Below are positions 10,407 to 18,894 of a stretch of DNA of 64,000 bases, piece by piece. The stretch is from positions 151,215 to 215,214 of the forward strand of contig JAXGZS010000004.1 of NCBI GenBank assembly GCA_040776805.1, written 5' to 3'. The stretch is from Clostridiales bacterium (lineage in GTDB: Bacteria > Bacillota > Dehalobacteriia > UBA7702). Position 1 is the stretch's first letter, and every line of letters begins with the position of its first letter. The notes under the pieces were generated by a model that was given only the letters and a program-made list of their open reading frames with translations, made no database searches and had not been told where the DNA came from. The translations under genes and the position numbers were made by a program.

Positions 10407-11365
10407 TGTTTCTCTCCCGTTTGCGTATGATGACGGTCATTCCCAAAACAAATTAACCATATATCACAGATTAAACTTTTCCAGCGAATGGTACCATAAC
10501 TGCCATACAATTTCAGCAGGGACAGCAGCTTTCTGTGTCGGATCAACTGCATTCGCTGTTGATGAAACGCATGCTTTGCTTTGATTTTTTCGTTCCCTTC
10601 CAATAAGGGTAAATCAGCGGCCAAAAGCTCCGAAAGTATGCGATCATAATGGACCATTTCCGTAAGTTTTCGTCTCAAATTCAATAGTTTCTTAATGCGG
10701 TGTTCTTCTCCGGCAGTATTATTCCCATGCCTCCGGTGATCGCAACCGCAATACTTATACTCAAAAAAACATCCTTTTTCCGCGGCAAAAAGCGCAAAAA
10801 TGAGATCATGGGGCACGGACAACTGACGGTAATACGAAGATGTCTCCTCAAAAAAGGAACGGCGCAACGCCATCGTCATCCCAGGCCAACGATAAGAATA
10901 CAAAATATCATCGGTGGAAACGGACTCTAATTCTTCGCTCAACGACGACGACTCAATCATGAAACCGTGGAGTGGCTGATCGTTTTCATCAATCACACCA
11001 AAATTGCAGCTGAGCACCGCAACTTCGGGATGAGTAGAAAAAACAGTGGCCATTTTCTCAATTTTATCCTCCCGCCACAGGTCATCCTGATCCGATAAGA
11101 AAATCAGCTCTGCGGAGGATAAAGAAATCGCGTAATAAAAATTTTGGACATAACCGAGGTTTGTCGCATTGCGGTATAGCTTCCAATTCGCTTCAAGGCG
11201 GCGGGAAGTGATAAAATCGTTGATGATGGCCACGGAATCATCATTGGAACCGTCATCGCAAATGATAACCTCATCTGCTTTTCGGCTTTGGTTATAAATA
11301 GAAGCCAATTGCTTTTCAATGAACCTCTCACCGTTATAGACCGCGATGACAACAGCGATGTGCAT
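10403..11365 (-). CDS. family 2 glycosyltransferase (rhamnosyltransferase-like)
   Basis: [25 protein letters not shown] ... [10 protein letters not shown] ... LSDQDD are GT-A motifs. The start overlaps the rfbA end. Confidence 0.75.
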   Translation of the reverse strand: MHIAVVIAVYNGERFIEKQLASIYNQSRKADEVIICDDGSNDDSVAIINDFITSRRLEANWKLYRNATNLGYVQNFYYAISLSSAELIFLSDQDDLWREDKIEKMATVFSTHPEVAVLSCNFGVIDENDQPLHGFMIESSSLSEELESVSTDDILYSYRWPGMTMALRRSFFEETSSYYRQLSVPHDLIFALFAAEKGCFFEYKYCGCDHRRHGNNTAGEEHRIKKLLNLRRKLTEMVHYDRILSELLAADLPLLEGNEKIKAKHAFHQQRMQLIRHRKLLSLLKLYGSYGTIRWKSLICDIWLICFGNDRHHTQTGEKQ

Positions 11366-11368
11366 GGA

Positions 11369-12862
11369 TCAGATCTCCTTCCGGCGAATGCTAAAAGATG
11401 ACCCCAAGAATATCAAGAAAGTGGTTCCCCATAACAGCCAAACCGCGAAAATGCTCATCCAGGGAGTAAAAAAGGATAGAAAAACCGGGGTCAAAGTGTT
11501 TCCATAGACCATAAAGCTACAGGGTGTTTGATATTTCAGGAAAAATGCCTCAATGATTCCAAAACCAACGCCCCAGAGTAAAGAAAGAAACACGATCCCG
11601 AAAAGATGAAAATCATAATAAGCATCGCTGAACAAATTACCTGTATTCAAATACGGGCGCACCAAATAATTCTCTGCATTCTCTATCTTTTCCGTCAAAC
11701 TGTCACTGCGGAGAATCACGTTAAAGGGTACCAATTCACGAATTCCCATGGCATAGCTTTTAGAAAAACGTACCGCCTGATCAAAATTATCATGACCCAC
11801 GGTCAGGTATGTATAAAAAAACAATACTTTAGGAGGCAACTGAAAGATGGGCGGTGCCGCTGTGCCGGTCTGGCTTTCTGTATTGTTATTTTCCTCGCCT
11901 AACCCGTTCATCTCTCCGTTTTCCGGCTGGCTGATCTCCTGTTGCTGATTTCCGTTATTATCATTACTGATTTCGATTTGTTTCGGTTGTAGAAGGGCAT
12001 TTAAAGATTCATCTGTTAAGTTTCTGGCAACGCTGCCGACCTCATAACCGGCAAACATGATGACAAAACAAAGCACCAGAACCCAAAGTTTTCTGCCGTT
12101 GAGAAAAAAGACGGCCGCAGACAAAGATAATGCCGCAACCATAAAGGTACCTCGCGATACGATTAAAGTCGGCATTAAAAAAACGAGATAAATAATGGCA
12201 GACCACAGTAGGATTTTTTTGATACGACTGAGCTTTTGTTTTTTCAAACAATAATAACATAGGCCGGAAGCAATGGTCCCCGCATAGATAAAGATATTAA
12301 ATCGCGTATAAAAATCAGTATAAGCGGCGGGTGAATCAGAGAAGAAGGGCAGATATCCCTTTATATAAATATTTATAATAAAAGCGAGGAGGCTCATGAC
12401 AGTTGCCGCCATACAAAGGGCAAAAAGCCGGTTCTCTTTCAATCCAAAAATAATACGGCCTTCACCCTTAAAAACCGTCCAATCATGCATATTGAATTTT
12501 TTCGATAAAGCGGGAAAGAGGTCCCTCCCCAGTTGCAGGCCACAAATTAAGCAGAGGTAACCAACTCCTGAATACCACCAGCTCCTGGCGATCCAATCCA
12601 CCTGGTACTCCGTTAGCTGAAAGCTTGCCAGCCCTAATGTAAAAAGCCAGATTCCGGAAAAAAGAGCCTGAAAGCTAAAATAATTTTTATGATCTTTCCA
12701 AACAAAGTAACCGTATAAAACAACTGCTGAAACTAAAAAAAGCAGGCCGACTAGATAACGGTGTTCTTCTATGATGAAGGGAGCAGAACCAAAAAGTATG
12801 ATGCTCCAGATAATAACAGGGAGTAGTTTTTTCAATCCATTTTTAAGATTCATCTCTTCCAC
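11369..12862 (-). CDS. polytopic membrane protein, probable O-antigen/repeat-unit polymerase (Wzy-like)
   Basis: 497 aa with about 10 hydrophobic helices. A large N/Q/E-rich low-complexity loop (NDNNGNQQQEISQPENGEMNGLGEENNNTESQ) is present. Its position among glycosyltransferases and a flippase supports the call. Confidence 0.5.
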   Translation of the reverse strand: MEEMNLKNGLKKLLPVIIWSIILFGSAPFIIEEHRYLVGLLFLVSAVVLYGYFVWKDHKNYFSFQALFSGIWLFTLGLASFQLTEYQVDWIARSWWYSGVGYLCLICGLQLGRDLFPALSKKFNMHDWTVFKGEGRIIFGLKENRLFALCMAATVMSLLAFIINIYIKGYLPFFSDSPAAYTDFYTRFNIFIYAGTIASGLCYYCLKKQKLSRIKKILLWSAIIYLVFLMPTLIVSRGTFMVAALSLSAAVFFLNGRKLWVLVLCFVIMFAGYEVGSVARNLTDESLNALLQPKQIEISNDNNGNQQQEISQPENGEMNGLGEENNNTESQTGTAAPPIFQLPPKVLFFYTYLTVGHDNFDQAVRFSKSYAMGIRELVPFNVILRSDSLTEKIENAENYLVRPYLNTGNLFSDAYYDFHLFGIVFLSLLWGVGFGIIEAFFLKYQTPCSFMVYGNTLTPVFLSFFTPWMSIFAVWLLWGTTFLIFLGSSFSIRRKEI

Positions 12863-13673
12863 TTTTTTCTCTTTTCACCTGATTGATTTTTTTCTTTATA
12901 ATTCTACGGATATATTTCAAAAAGTAAAATACTCTCAAAAAGCAATAAAAACCTTTGGAAAGAATCCTTTGCTCTTTCAGTTCACGGCTGTATCTCACTT
13001 CACCTTCGTGCATTTCTTTTAAATGCGAGGACAAACCGGAGCTGGCGTAAAACGGTTTAAAGGGATCAATTTTGAGCAGAAAAACAGGAATATGATAATA
13101 ACCAAAGCCTTCTGCACAAACACGAAAGCAAAACCCGGCATCCTCCATATAGTGAACCCCTTCCTCAAATCCACCGACTTTTTCAAATACGGTCTTGCGC
13201 ACCAATATACTGGAGGTGGAAGGGAACGATTTCAGACAAAGATCTTTGACCTTCACGCGGTATAATGTATCTATTTTACGATGGAGAATCCTCAAAGGAA
13301 TATCATCGTTGTTGCAGCCAAGGAAATCGATTTCTGGATGAGTTTCCAGGATATTCCACTGAGTCTCGATCTTTTCCGGTAACCAAAGATCATCCGCGTC
13401 AATAAACGCAATCCAGCGGCCGGAGGCCGCCCTAACGCCATCGTTACGGGCAGCGGCAACACCGCCGTTTTCTTTGTTTATAAGACGGATACAAACCTCT
13501 TTATGAGCTTCACAGTACGCAGTGATAACGTCACGAGAACGATCCGTGGAGCCATCGTTAACAATAATAATTTCTTTCAGCAGAGACGCGGCTGTTTGTT
13601 TACGCACAGAGTCCAATACTTGTACAATGGTTTTTTCGCTATTATATACAGGTATTACAACTGAAATATCCAA
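12843..13673 (-). CDS. family 2 glycosyltransferase
   Basis: MDISVVIPVYNSEKTIVQVLDSV ... IVNDGSTD ... FIDADD. Confidence 0.8.
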   Translation of the reverse strand: MDISVVIPVYNSEKTIVQVLDSVRKQTAASLLKEIIIVNDGSTDRSRDVITAYCEAHKEVCIRLINKENGGVAAARNDGVRAASGRWIAFIDADDLWLPEKIETQWNILETHPEIDFLGCNNDDIPLRILHRKIDTLYRVKVKDLCLKSFPSTSSILVRKTVFEKVGGFEEGVHYMEDAGFCFRVCAEGFGYYHIPVFLLKIDPFKPFYASSGLSSHLKEMHEGEVRYSRELKEQRILSKGFYCFLRVFYFLKYIRRIIKKKINQVKREKSGRDES

Positions 13674-13757
13674 CGGTTTACCTTTCTATTTACGGCATGA
13701 TCATAGAGCGCCACAATCATAGGGTGCCCATCTGAGGAGCGACGGAGGCCCTCACGG

Positions 13758-14912
13758 TCATGACTGTTTTTCTCCGGCAAGGATATGCTTTATCCCCTGA
13801 TAAAATTTCTTTTCGAAACAATCATAGGAGAATTGCTCTTCAAACAATTTACGGCAATTTTCCCGCATCAAATGGCACTCCCCTGTCAAAGACTGGAGAA
13901 GCTCTAAGGCCGTCTCTTCCGCCGTTCCGGCCCAGGCAACCCCTACCCGATAGCGGCGAATGAAGTCAGCGGTATCACCGCTGATGGTGTTGACCACCGG
14001 CAAACCGCATTCAAAACAATCGATGCTCTTCATGGTCAAACCAATACAAACCGTATCCTTTAGTATATTGAGACCAAAATGACATTGATCAAAGATTTTC
14101 TGCTTTTCCTCCATATCATACAGCTCACCGTAAAATTTCACAGTGGCGCCGGCTTTTTTTAAGCCGTCGAGAAAAGCGTCTTTGTTCTCACCGTTGCCGA
14201 TCACATGTACGGTAACCGGCATCTTGGCGGCAAGCGCCTGCACAAGACCGCATATGCGGGGAATGTCGATGATATTATTGATGGAACCCAAATAAGCGAG
14301 GCTAATCTGCTGTGGGGGCAAAGAGGGCTCGCTGGAGAACGGGCGTATCTGCCGGGAAAGGTAGAGGGTAGATAGTTTCCCCTCCAAAGCGGAAGTGTCG
14401 ATTACCGAATGAAAAAGGTCGCATTCGGTGAAAACATGCTCCGCGCAGCTGAGATATCGGTCTCTCAGATTTTTCCAGCACCGGCAGGGAAATAGATGCA
14501 TCGCGTTTTTGATCGGCAATGTTTCCGGCCATAGGTCAAGAATGTCAAAAATCACCTTGACATTGGCATGGCGTGCCTTATATTCTGCTGTCCGTTTTAC
14601 CAGAGAATTCGGCGGCACGATCACATAGAGGAGATCGGGATCAAAGGTTTCCGCTTTTTTCAACGCTTCTCTGGCAAAAATACGGTGAGAGTTGATTCTG
14701 GCAAAGGATAAGTTCCGCCGGTAGGGTTTCGTCGGAATAAAAACGAGATCGTCCCTGTGATCCGTTCTCCGCTCCCGCTGCAAATGGCGAAAATCCGATT
14801 CGATGTAAATCGGATGATACCCCAAAGCGGCCAATTGCTCGCCCGCCGCCATCATTCTCTCTTCGTAAAATTCAAAACAGGTGATCAACACCGCAGTCTT
14901 TTTTGCATCCAT
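13758..14912 (-). CDS. GT-B fold glycosyltransferase (GT4-like)
   Basis: 384 aa. The C-terminal half has a nucleotide-sugar binding-like region (FYGELYDMEEKQKIF ... GLPVVNT). Confidence 0.55.
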   Translation of the reverse strand: MDAKKTAVLITCFEFYEERMMAAGEQLAALGYHPIYIESDFRHLQRERRTDHRDDLVFIPTKPYRRNLSFARINSHRIFAREALKKAETFDPDLLYVIVPPNSLVKRTAEYKARHANVKVIFDILDLWPETLPIKNAMHLFPCRCWKNLRDRYLSCAEHVFTECDLFHSVIDTSALEGKLSTLYLSRQIRPFSSEPSLPPQQISLAYLGSINNIIDIPRICGLVQALAAKMPVTVHVIGNGENKDAFLDGLKKAGATVKFYGELYDMEEKQKIFDQCHFGLNILKDTVCIGLTMKSIDCFECGLPVVNTISGDTADFIRRYRVGVAWAGTAEETALELLQSLTGECHLMRENCRKLFEEQFSYDCFEKKFYQGIKHILAGEKQS

Positions 14913-14921
14913 TTTCCGTTC

Positions 14922-15953
14922 TTACTCCGTACCACTGGTAGATTTATCGGTTGCGCCGGTGAAAGCATCGTCGCCATAAATGGCCGTATGGATACGCTTC
15001 GCCGCCTCATCCAAATTATAAATATAATACCAGACGCCATCGCTGTCAATGCCGCCCCAAAGATCCGTTTCATAGGTGGCATCGGGAACCGTATATTGTT
15101 CGATGCTGAAATCCGTGAGGGCGATGGGGGAAAGACCAAGAATCTCACTGTAGCTCAGGGAGGTTTCCGCCGTACCCAAAAACTGACGGATAAAATGAGG
15201 ATAATCCGTCTTCGACATTGATTTGATCTTGCCAAAAGCCGCGGACAGCACCTTTTGCTGCCGGGTGGCGCGAGCATTGTCGCTGTCTATCTTGCGAATG
15301 CGGGAATAGGAAACGGCCTGCTCACCGGTGAGGTTCACCTCGCCGGCAGCGGCAATCGTGGTTGTTCCGGGAAAATACTGCAGCGCCAAAGCGTTGGCCA
15401 TATCCACCTCCGCCTGGCTCAAGGTCAAAGTGACGCCGCCCACCGCGTTGATGATCGTCGCCAATTGGCTAAAGTTGACGGTGATGTATTCTTTGATGTC
15501 GAGATTAAACGTCTCATTCAGGGTCTTAATCGCCAAAGCAGGGCCGCCGTAGGCATAAGCGGCGTTGATTTTATTTTCGCCGTGTCCATCGATGGACACT
15601 TTGCTGTCCCTTAAGATCGAGGTCATTTTGATGATGTTCTTATCCTGATCCAAGGTAAGAATGATGATCGTGTCACTGCGCCCGGAATCGGCGCTGGTAT
15701 CCCTGGTATCGACGCCAAAGAGGGCGATATTCGTAATACCGCCGACACTGACCTCTTCTCGAACGCCCAATTCTTCATCATCATTGGTAAAACTCACCGT
15801 GTTCAAATTGCCAAATAAATAGAAAAACGCGCCGCCTGCCGCAATGCTCATCATCAAAACAATCAGTAATATGATCATGATTGTTTTTAAAATCCGGTTT
15901 TGTCTTTTCCTGTTTTTTACCGTTCGTTTTTTATCAGACATCTTCTTTCCCAT
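14922..15953 (-). CDS. LytR-CpsA-Psr (LCP) family cell-wall glycopolymer ligase
   Basis: An N-terminal transmembrane anchor, then NIALFGVDTRD...SDTIIILTLD...KMTSILRDS...INAAYAYGGP, which is the LCP signature. Confidence 0.85.
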   Translation of the reverse strand: MGKKMSDKKRTVKNRKRQNRILKTIMIILLIVLMMSIAAGGAFFYLFGNLNTVSFTNDDEELGVREEVSVGGITNIALFGVDTRDTSADSGRSDTIIILTLDQDKNIIKMTSILRDSKVSIDGHGENKINAAYAYGGPALAIKTLNETFNLDIKEYITVNFSQLATIINAVGGVTLTLSQAEVDMANALALQYFPGTTTIAAAGEVNLTGEQAVSYSRIRKIDSDNARATRQQKVLSAAFGKIKSMSKTDYPHFIRQFLGTAETSLSYSEILGLSPIALTDFSIEQYTVPDATYETDLWGGIDSDGVWYYIYNLDEAAKRIHTAIYGDDAFTGATDKSTSGTE

Positions 15954-16141
15954 CTTAGCGTTGGATTTTTATGTAAAAACGTCAGTTTTATTTCAGTATA
16001 CTTGAATTATTCTGAATAATCAACCGAAATAGAGGAATTGCGAAAAAAATTACAGCAATATTACAGTAAAATCACCATAAAATCACCCCGCCTTATGCTT
16101 CTATTTGTGCACAAGACAGGGTGATTTCTCTGCCGCTGTTT

Positions 16142-16354
16142 TCATCCCCTCCCTTTTCTTTTCGCGTCCCGCTCCCGCACAGCGTCGATAACAACGTCTT
16201 CCAGAGCGTTGTTGATACTGGCGGTCACCGGCTTTTCATCTTCTCTCAGTTGCTTTGTGACCTGGTCAAAACAGTGGTTGCAGTAATATTCCTCCCGCAC
16301 AAGATAGGCTTTGCCGGGAGCAATGCGCTGGCTGCAATTTTTACAAATCAACAT
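16142..16354 (-). CDS. small zinc-ribbon protein (CxxC ... CxxC)
   Basis: 70 aa, MLICKNCSQRI...YYCNHCFD. A strong AAGGAGG Shine-Dalgarno lies 7 nt upstream of the ATG. Confidence 0.55.
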   Translation of the reverse strand: MLICKNCSQRIAPGKAYLVREEYYCNHCFDQVTKQLREDEKPVTASINNALEDVVIDAVRERDAKRKGRG

Positions 16355-16642
16355 AAAACAGCCTCCTTTTTTGTTTATTTTTCCGCAAAGGAACCGGTTT
16401 TATGTCATGATTTAACGATTCCGTATAGGGAAAAAATGTTATCCCCGCGAAAGGCATAAAACCATGAACAATCCACAAATCGTCCTATTTGTCGAATTGA
16501 AAGATCCGAACTTCTATGTTAAACTTATATTTTAAAGGAAAAATTTGCGGATATAAAAACCCTTGGTTTTTTTGCCGGTTTTCGATACTGCTTCGCTTCA
16601 CACCAGGCAAACCGCCTTACGATCCAGAAAAGGAGAAAAACG

Positions 16643-17389
16643 ATGATTTTACCGTTTCAACATATCAAAAACGGCCGCGAACTCGGCGGCCTGACCGCCG
16701 CTGACGGCAAAAAGACAAAATGCCGCCTGCTTTTGCGCACAGGAGAGCTCTTTGCCGCCGATGAGAAGGAAATTCTATCCTTGCGTGAGGATTATAAGAT
16801 CAAAACCGTCATTGATTTCAGAGATATCAGCGAATGTGAAATACGCCCCGATAAAGAGATCCCCGGCGCCGTCTACCACCAGATTCCCATCTTACCGCCG
16901 CAGCCGCAAGAGATCCGCGAAAATCTGATGACCAGGCTCATGCATGAACCCAAAGCCACGTTTTTACGGATCTATGAACACATCGCCGAAAACAGTGACG
17001 CCGCCGCCGCTTACCAAAAATTCTTCCAGGTCGTCCTTGAAAATCGGGGCGTCCCCCTGCTCTACCATTGCCGCCAGGGGAAAGACCGTACCGGCATTGC
17101 CTCCATTCTGCTTTTATCCGCCCTCGGCGTGCCGAAAGAAGAGGTGCTCAAGGATTATTTTCTCACCAACGAACTGTTAAAAGCCGATTATGAAGCGCTG
17201 AAAGCCCAGGGTACCCCGGAAGAGCAGCTAGAAAAGGCCAGGGATATCTTATTTGTCATGGAGGAGTGCGTCCATAGCTATCTTGGGCTGTTGAAAAAAA
17301 ATTGGGGCAGTGTGGACGGATATCTCCAAGGCGCCCTCTGCCTGGGGAAAGGAGATTTAAAGACACTCCGCGCCATTTATACCGAATGA
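16643..17389 (+). CDS. protein-tyrosine phosphatase (CX5R dual-specificity/PTP superfamily)
   Basis: Active-site loop YHCRQGKDRTGIAS. An AAAGGAGAAAAAC Shine-Dalgarno precedes the start. Confidence 0.8.
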   Translation: MILPFQHIKNGRELGGLTAADGKKTKCRLLLRTGELFAADEKEILSLREDYKIKTVIDFRDISECEIRPDKEIPGAVYHQIPILPPQPQEIRENLMTRLMHEPKATFLRIYEHIAENSDAAAAYQKFFQVVLENRGVPLLYHCRQGKDRTGIASILLLSALGVPKEEVLKDYFLTNELLKADYEALKAQGTPEEQLEKARDILFVMEECVHSYLGLLKKNWGSVDGYLQGALCLGKGDLKTLRAIYTE

Positions 17390-17445
17390 GCGCTAAAAAA
17401 ACTTGTCCCCGTCATTCATGAATTTCATCCACTTTATCAAAGAAA

Positions 17446-17506
17446 GGGTGTCCTTTGGGCTTTTTACGCCTTGCGGGACACCCCGTTCCGTTCCGGGTGC
17501 TTTTTC
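17446..17506 (+). terminator. putative terminator after the tyrosine phosphatase gene
   Basis: Two overlapping GC-rich hairpins (gggtgtcc...ggacaccc and caccccg...cgggtg) followed by cttttt. Confidence 0.45.
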
Positions 17507-17539
17507 CGATAATACCAGTAACAAAAAAGAGGCCTTTTT

Positions 17540-17555
17540 CATATTGTACAATATG
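17540..17555. promoter_or_regulatory. perfect 16-bp palindrome CATATTGTACAATATG, a candidate operator overlapping the promoter of the Cys-rich gene
   Basis: The sequence is its own reverse complement. It lies 24-39 nt upstream of the 17579 ATG and is embedded in an AT-rich, promoter-like stretch. Confidence 0.4.
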
Positions 17556-17578
17556 AAAATCATTAAAGGAGGCCCCAA

Positions 17579-17923
17579 ATGAGCAGAAAATGTTGCGGAA
17601 ATTGTTCCTCGAATTCCTGCGGCTGCAACAGATGCGGATGTGGGTGTGGTAATGGCTGTGATTGTGGCTGCGGATGTGGGTGTGGTAATGGCTGTGATTG
17701 CGGCGGCGGCTGTGGATGCGGCAACTGCACAGGTTGCTTTGGCTGCTGCGATTACAGTTGTGTCTTAAGTTCCATCTATAATGTCTATACGCTCCAATAC
17801 CTCGCGTCAATCTTGTACGCTTTCTTAGGTTGCGGGTTCACAGGTCCGTGCAGCCCCTGTTGTCCCTGCGGCATACCGGGACCCGGTCCCTGCCCCTGTA
17901 ACAGCGGCGTCGCCGCCCAGTAA
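17579..17923 (+). CDS. cysteine/glycine-rich repeat protein with a (CG)n-type array and a C-terminal hydrophobic segment; candidate metal-binding protein
   Basis: AAAGGAGG Shine-Dalgarno 7 nt upstream. 114 aa, about 30% Cys. CGCGCGNGCDCG occurs twice from a 36-nt tandem duplication at 17634-17705. A hydrophobic stretch IYNVYTLQYLASILYAFLG follows, and the protein ends CSPCCPCGIPGPGPCPC. Confidence 0.6.
   Translation: MSRKCCGNCSSNSCGCNRCGCGCGNGCDCGCGCGCGNGCDCGGGCGCGNCTGCFGCCDYSCVLSSIYNVYTLQYLASILYAFLGCGFTGPCSPCCPCGIPGPGPCPCNSGVAAQ
17777..17803 (+). repeat. left copy of a roughly 27-bp direct repeat (atgtctatacgctccaatacctcgcgt) inside the Cys-rich ORF
   Basis: About 22 of the first 24 nt match the copy at 18816-18843. 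Both copies encode the peptide NVYTLQYL. Confidence 0.7.
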
Positions 17924-17932
17924 AGCAAGGCC

Positions 17933-18238
17933 ATGGAAGCGGAAAAGACCGTTGACTTAAACCCTTTTGGTGACGGTATCTCCGGTGCAGGCACACCTTG
18001 GGCAGATACATTCCGCCTTGAGGGGCCGAGCGAAAACATTCCTTGGGACAGTGCAAATGGCTGCGCCGGGCGATGGCAGGGCAATCCTTATGATGATATC
18101 TCCTGGGATTGTACTCCCTGGTGGTATATCCCCTGCCATAACGGCGCGCCATGGTACGCACAGTTTTTGGTTAGCGTCTATGCTTATGAGACCTGTGTCC
18201 ATTCGCTATGCTGTCTTTTCCGTCGCCCGGAGGGTTGA
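17933..18238 (+). CDS. hypothetical Trp/Pro/Gly-rich small protein, possibly co-transcribed with the Cys-rich gene
   Basis: 101 aa ORF that starts 10 nt after the upstream stop. Sequence includes PWADTF...PWDSANGCAGRWQGNPYDDISWDCTPWWYIPCHNGAPWY. It lies between the Cys-rich gene and the terminator at 18282. The Shine-Dalgarno is weak. Confidence 0.35.
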   Translation: MEAEKTVDLNPFGDGISGAGTPWADTFRLEGPSENIPWDSANGCAGRWQGNPYDDISWDCTPWWYIPCHNGAPWYAQFLVSVYAYETCVHSLCCLFRRPEG

Positions 18239-18281
18239 CAATGCTGCCCGTGTCAAAAAGGAAATGAGGAGATATGATGAC

Positions 18282-18309
18282 AAAAACCCGGCTTTGCCGG
18301 GTTTTTTTA
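18282..18309 (+). terminator. rho-independent terminator
   Basis: aaaaa cccggc ttt gccggg ttttttt. Confidence 0.8.
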
Positions 18310-18430
18310 TAGTAACTCGAATTTCAGCGCGTTTATCCCAAAAATCAATGGTGTATCAAAAGGAGCGCTCTTGAAAAAAAAGCGTTTTTCTGATAAGATA
18401 ATATTATACTAACGTTAAGGAAGGTTCACC

Positions 18431-18814
18431 ATGAATATCTATGAATCCGGAGAAGATTATCTGGAAACGATCCTGATGTTAAAAGAACGCAACGGCAATG
18501 TCCGCTCCATCGATATCGCCCACGAAATGAATTTCAAAAAGCCCAGCGTTAGCTACGCGATGAAACAGTTTCGGGAAAACGGTTACATTTTTGTGGATGA
18601 GGACGGCTTTATCCATTTGACGGAAAGCGGAGAACAGATCGCCAAGCGGGTTTACGAACGCCACCGTGTTTTGACGCAGCTTTTGCTTTTCCTCGGTGTG
18701 TCAAAGGAAAACGCCAAAAAAGACGCGTGTAAAATTGAGCACGACCTCAGTGAGGAGACCTTTGATTGCATCAAGGGCTATCTCATGAAAAGCGGGGTCA
18801 AAATCAAGCTTTAA
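18431..18814 (+). CDS. DtxR/MntR-family metal-dependent transcriptional regulator (short MntR-like form without an SH3-like domain)
   Basis: 127 aa. An N-terminal winged-helix region EDYLETILMLKERNGNVRSIDIAHEMNFKKPSVSYAMKQF is present. Metal-site-like residues are conserved (D/E near position 10, H in YERHRVL, E..EH in KIEHDLSEE). AAGGAAGG Shine-Dalgarno upstream. Confidence 0.8.
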   Translation: MNIYESGEDYLETILMLKERNGNVRSIDIAHEMNFKKPSVSYAMKQFRENGYIFVDEDGFIHLTESGEQIAKRVYERHRVLTQLLLFLGVSKENAKKDACKIEHDLSEETFDCIKGYLMKSGVKIKL

Positions 18815-18815
18815 A

Positions 18816-18843
18816 ATGTCTATACGCTTCAATATCTATAGTC
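18816..18843 (+). repeat. right copy of the direct repeat (aatgtctatacgcttcaatatctatag), immediately after the regulator stop codon
   Basis: In frame it reads N V Y T L Q Y L stop. This duplicates a coding fragment of the Cys-rich gene. Confidence 0.7.
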
Positions 18844-18862
18844 TATCCGTAGGTGTACGCAA

Positions 18863-18890
18863 GAGTCCCCTCCATAGGGGACTCTTTTTT
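18863..18890 (+). terminator. rho-independent terminator
   Basis: gagtcccc tccata ggggactc tttttt. Confidence 0.8.
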
Positions 18891-18894
18891 ACAT

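Noticed and set aside
17412-17810. 132-aa His/Arg-rich ORF antisense to the Cys-rich gene
   Set aside because: It is the mirror image of GC-rich Cys/Gly codons, has no RBS, and overlaps a gene with a strong Shine-Dalgarno on the other strand.
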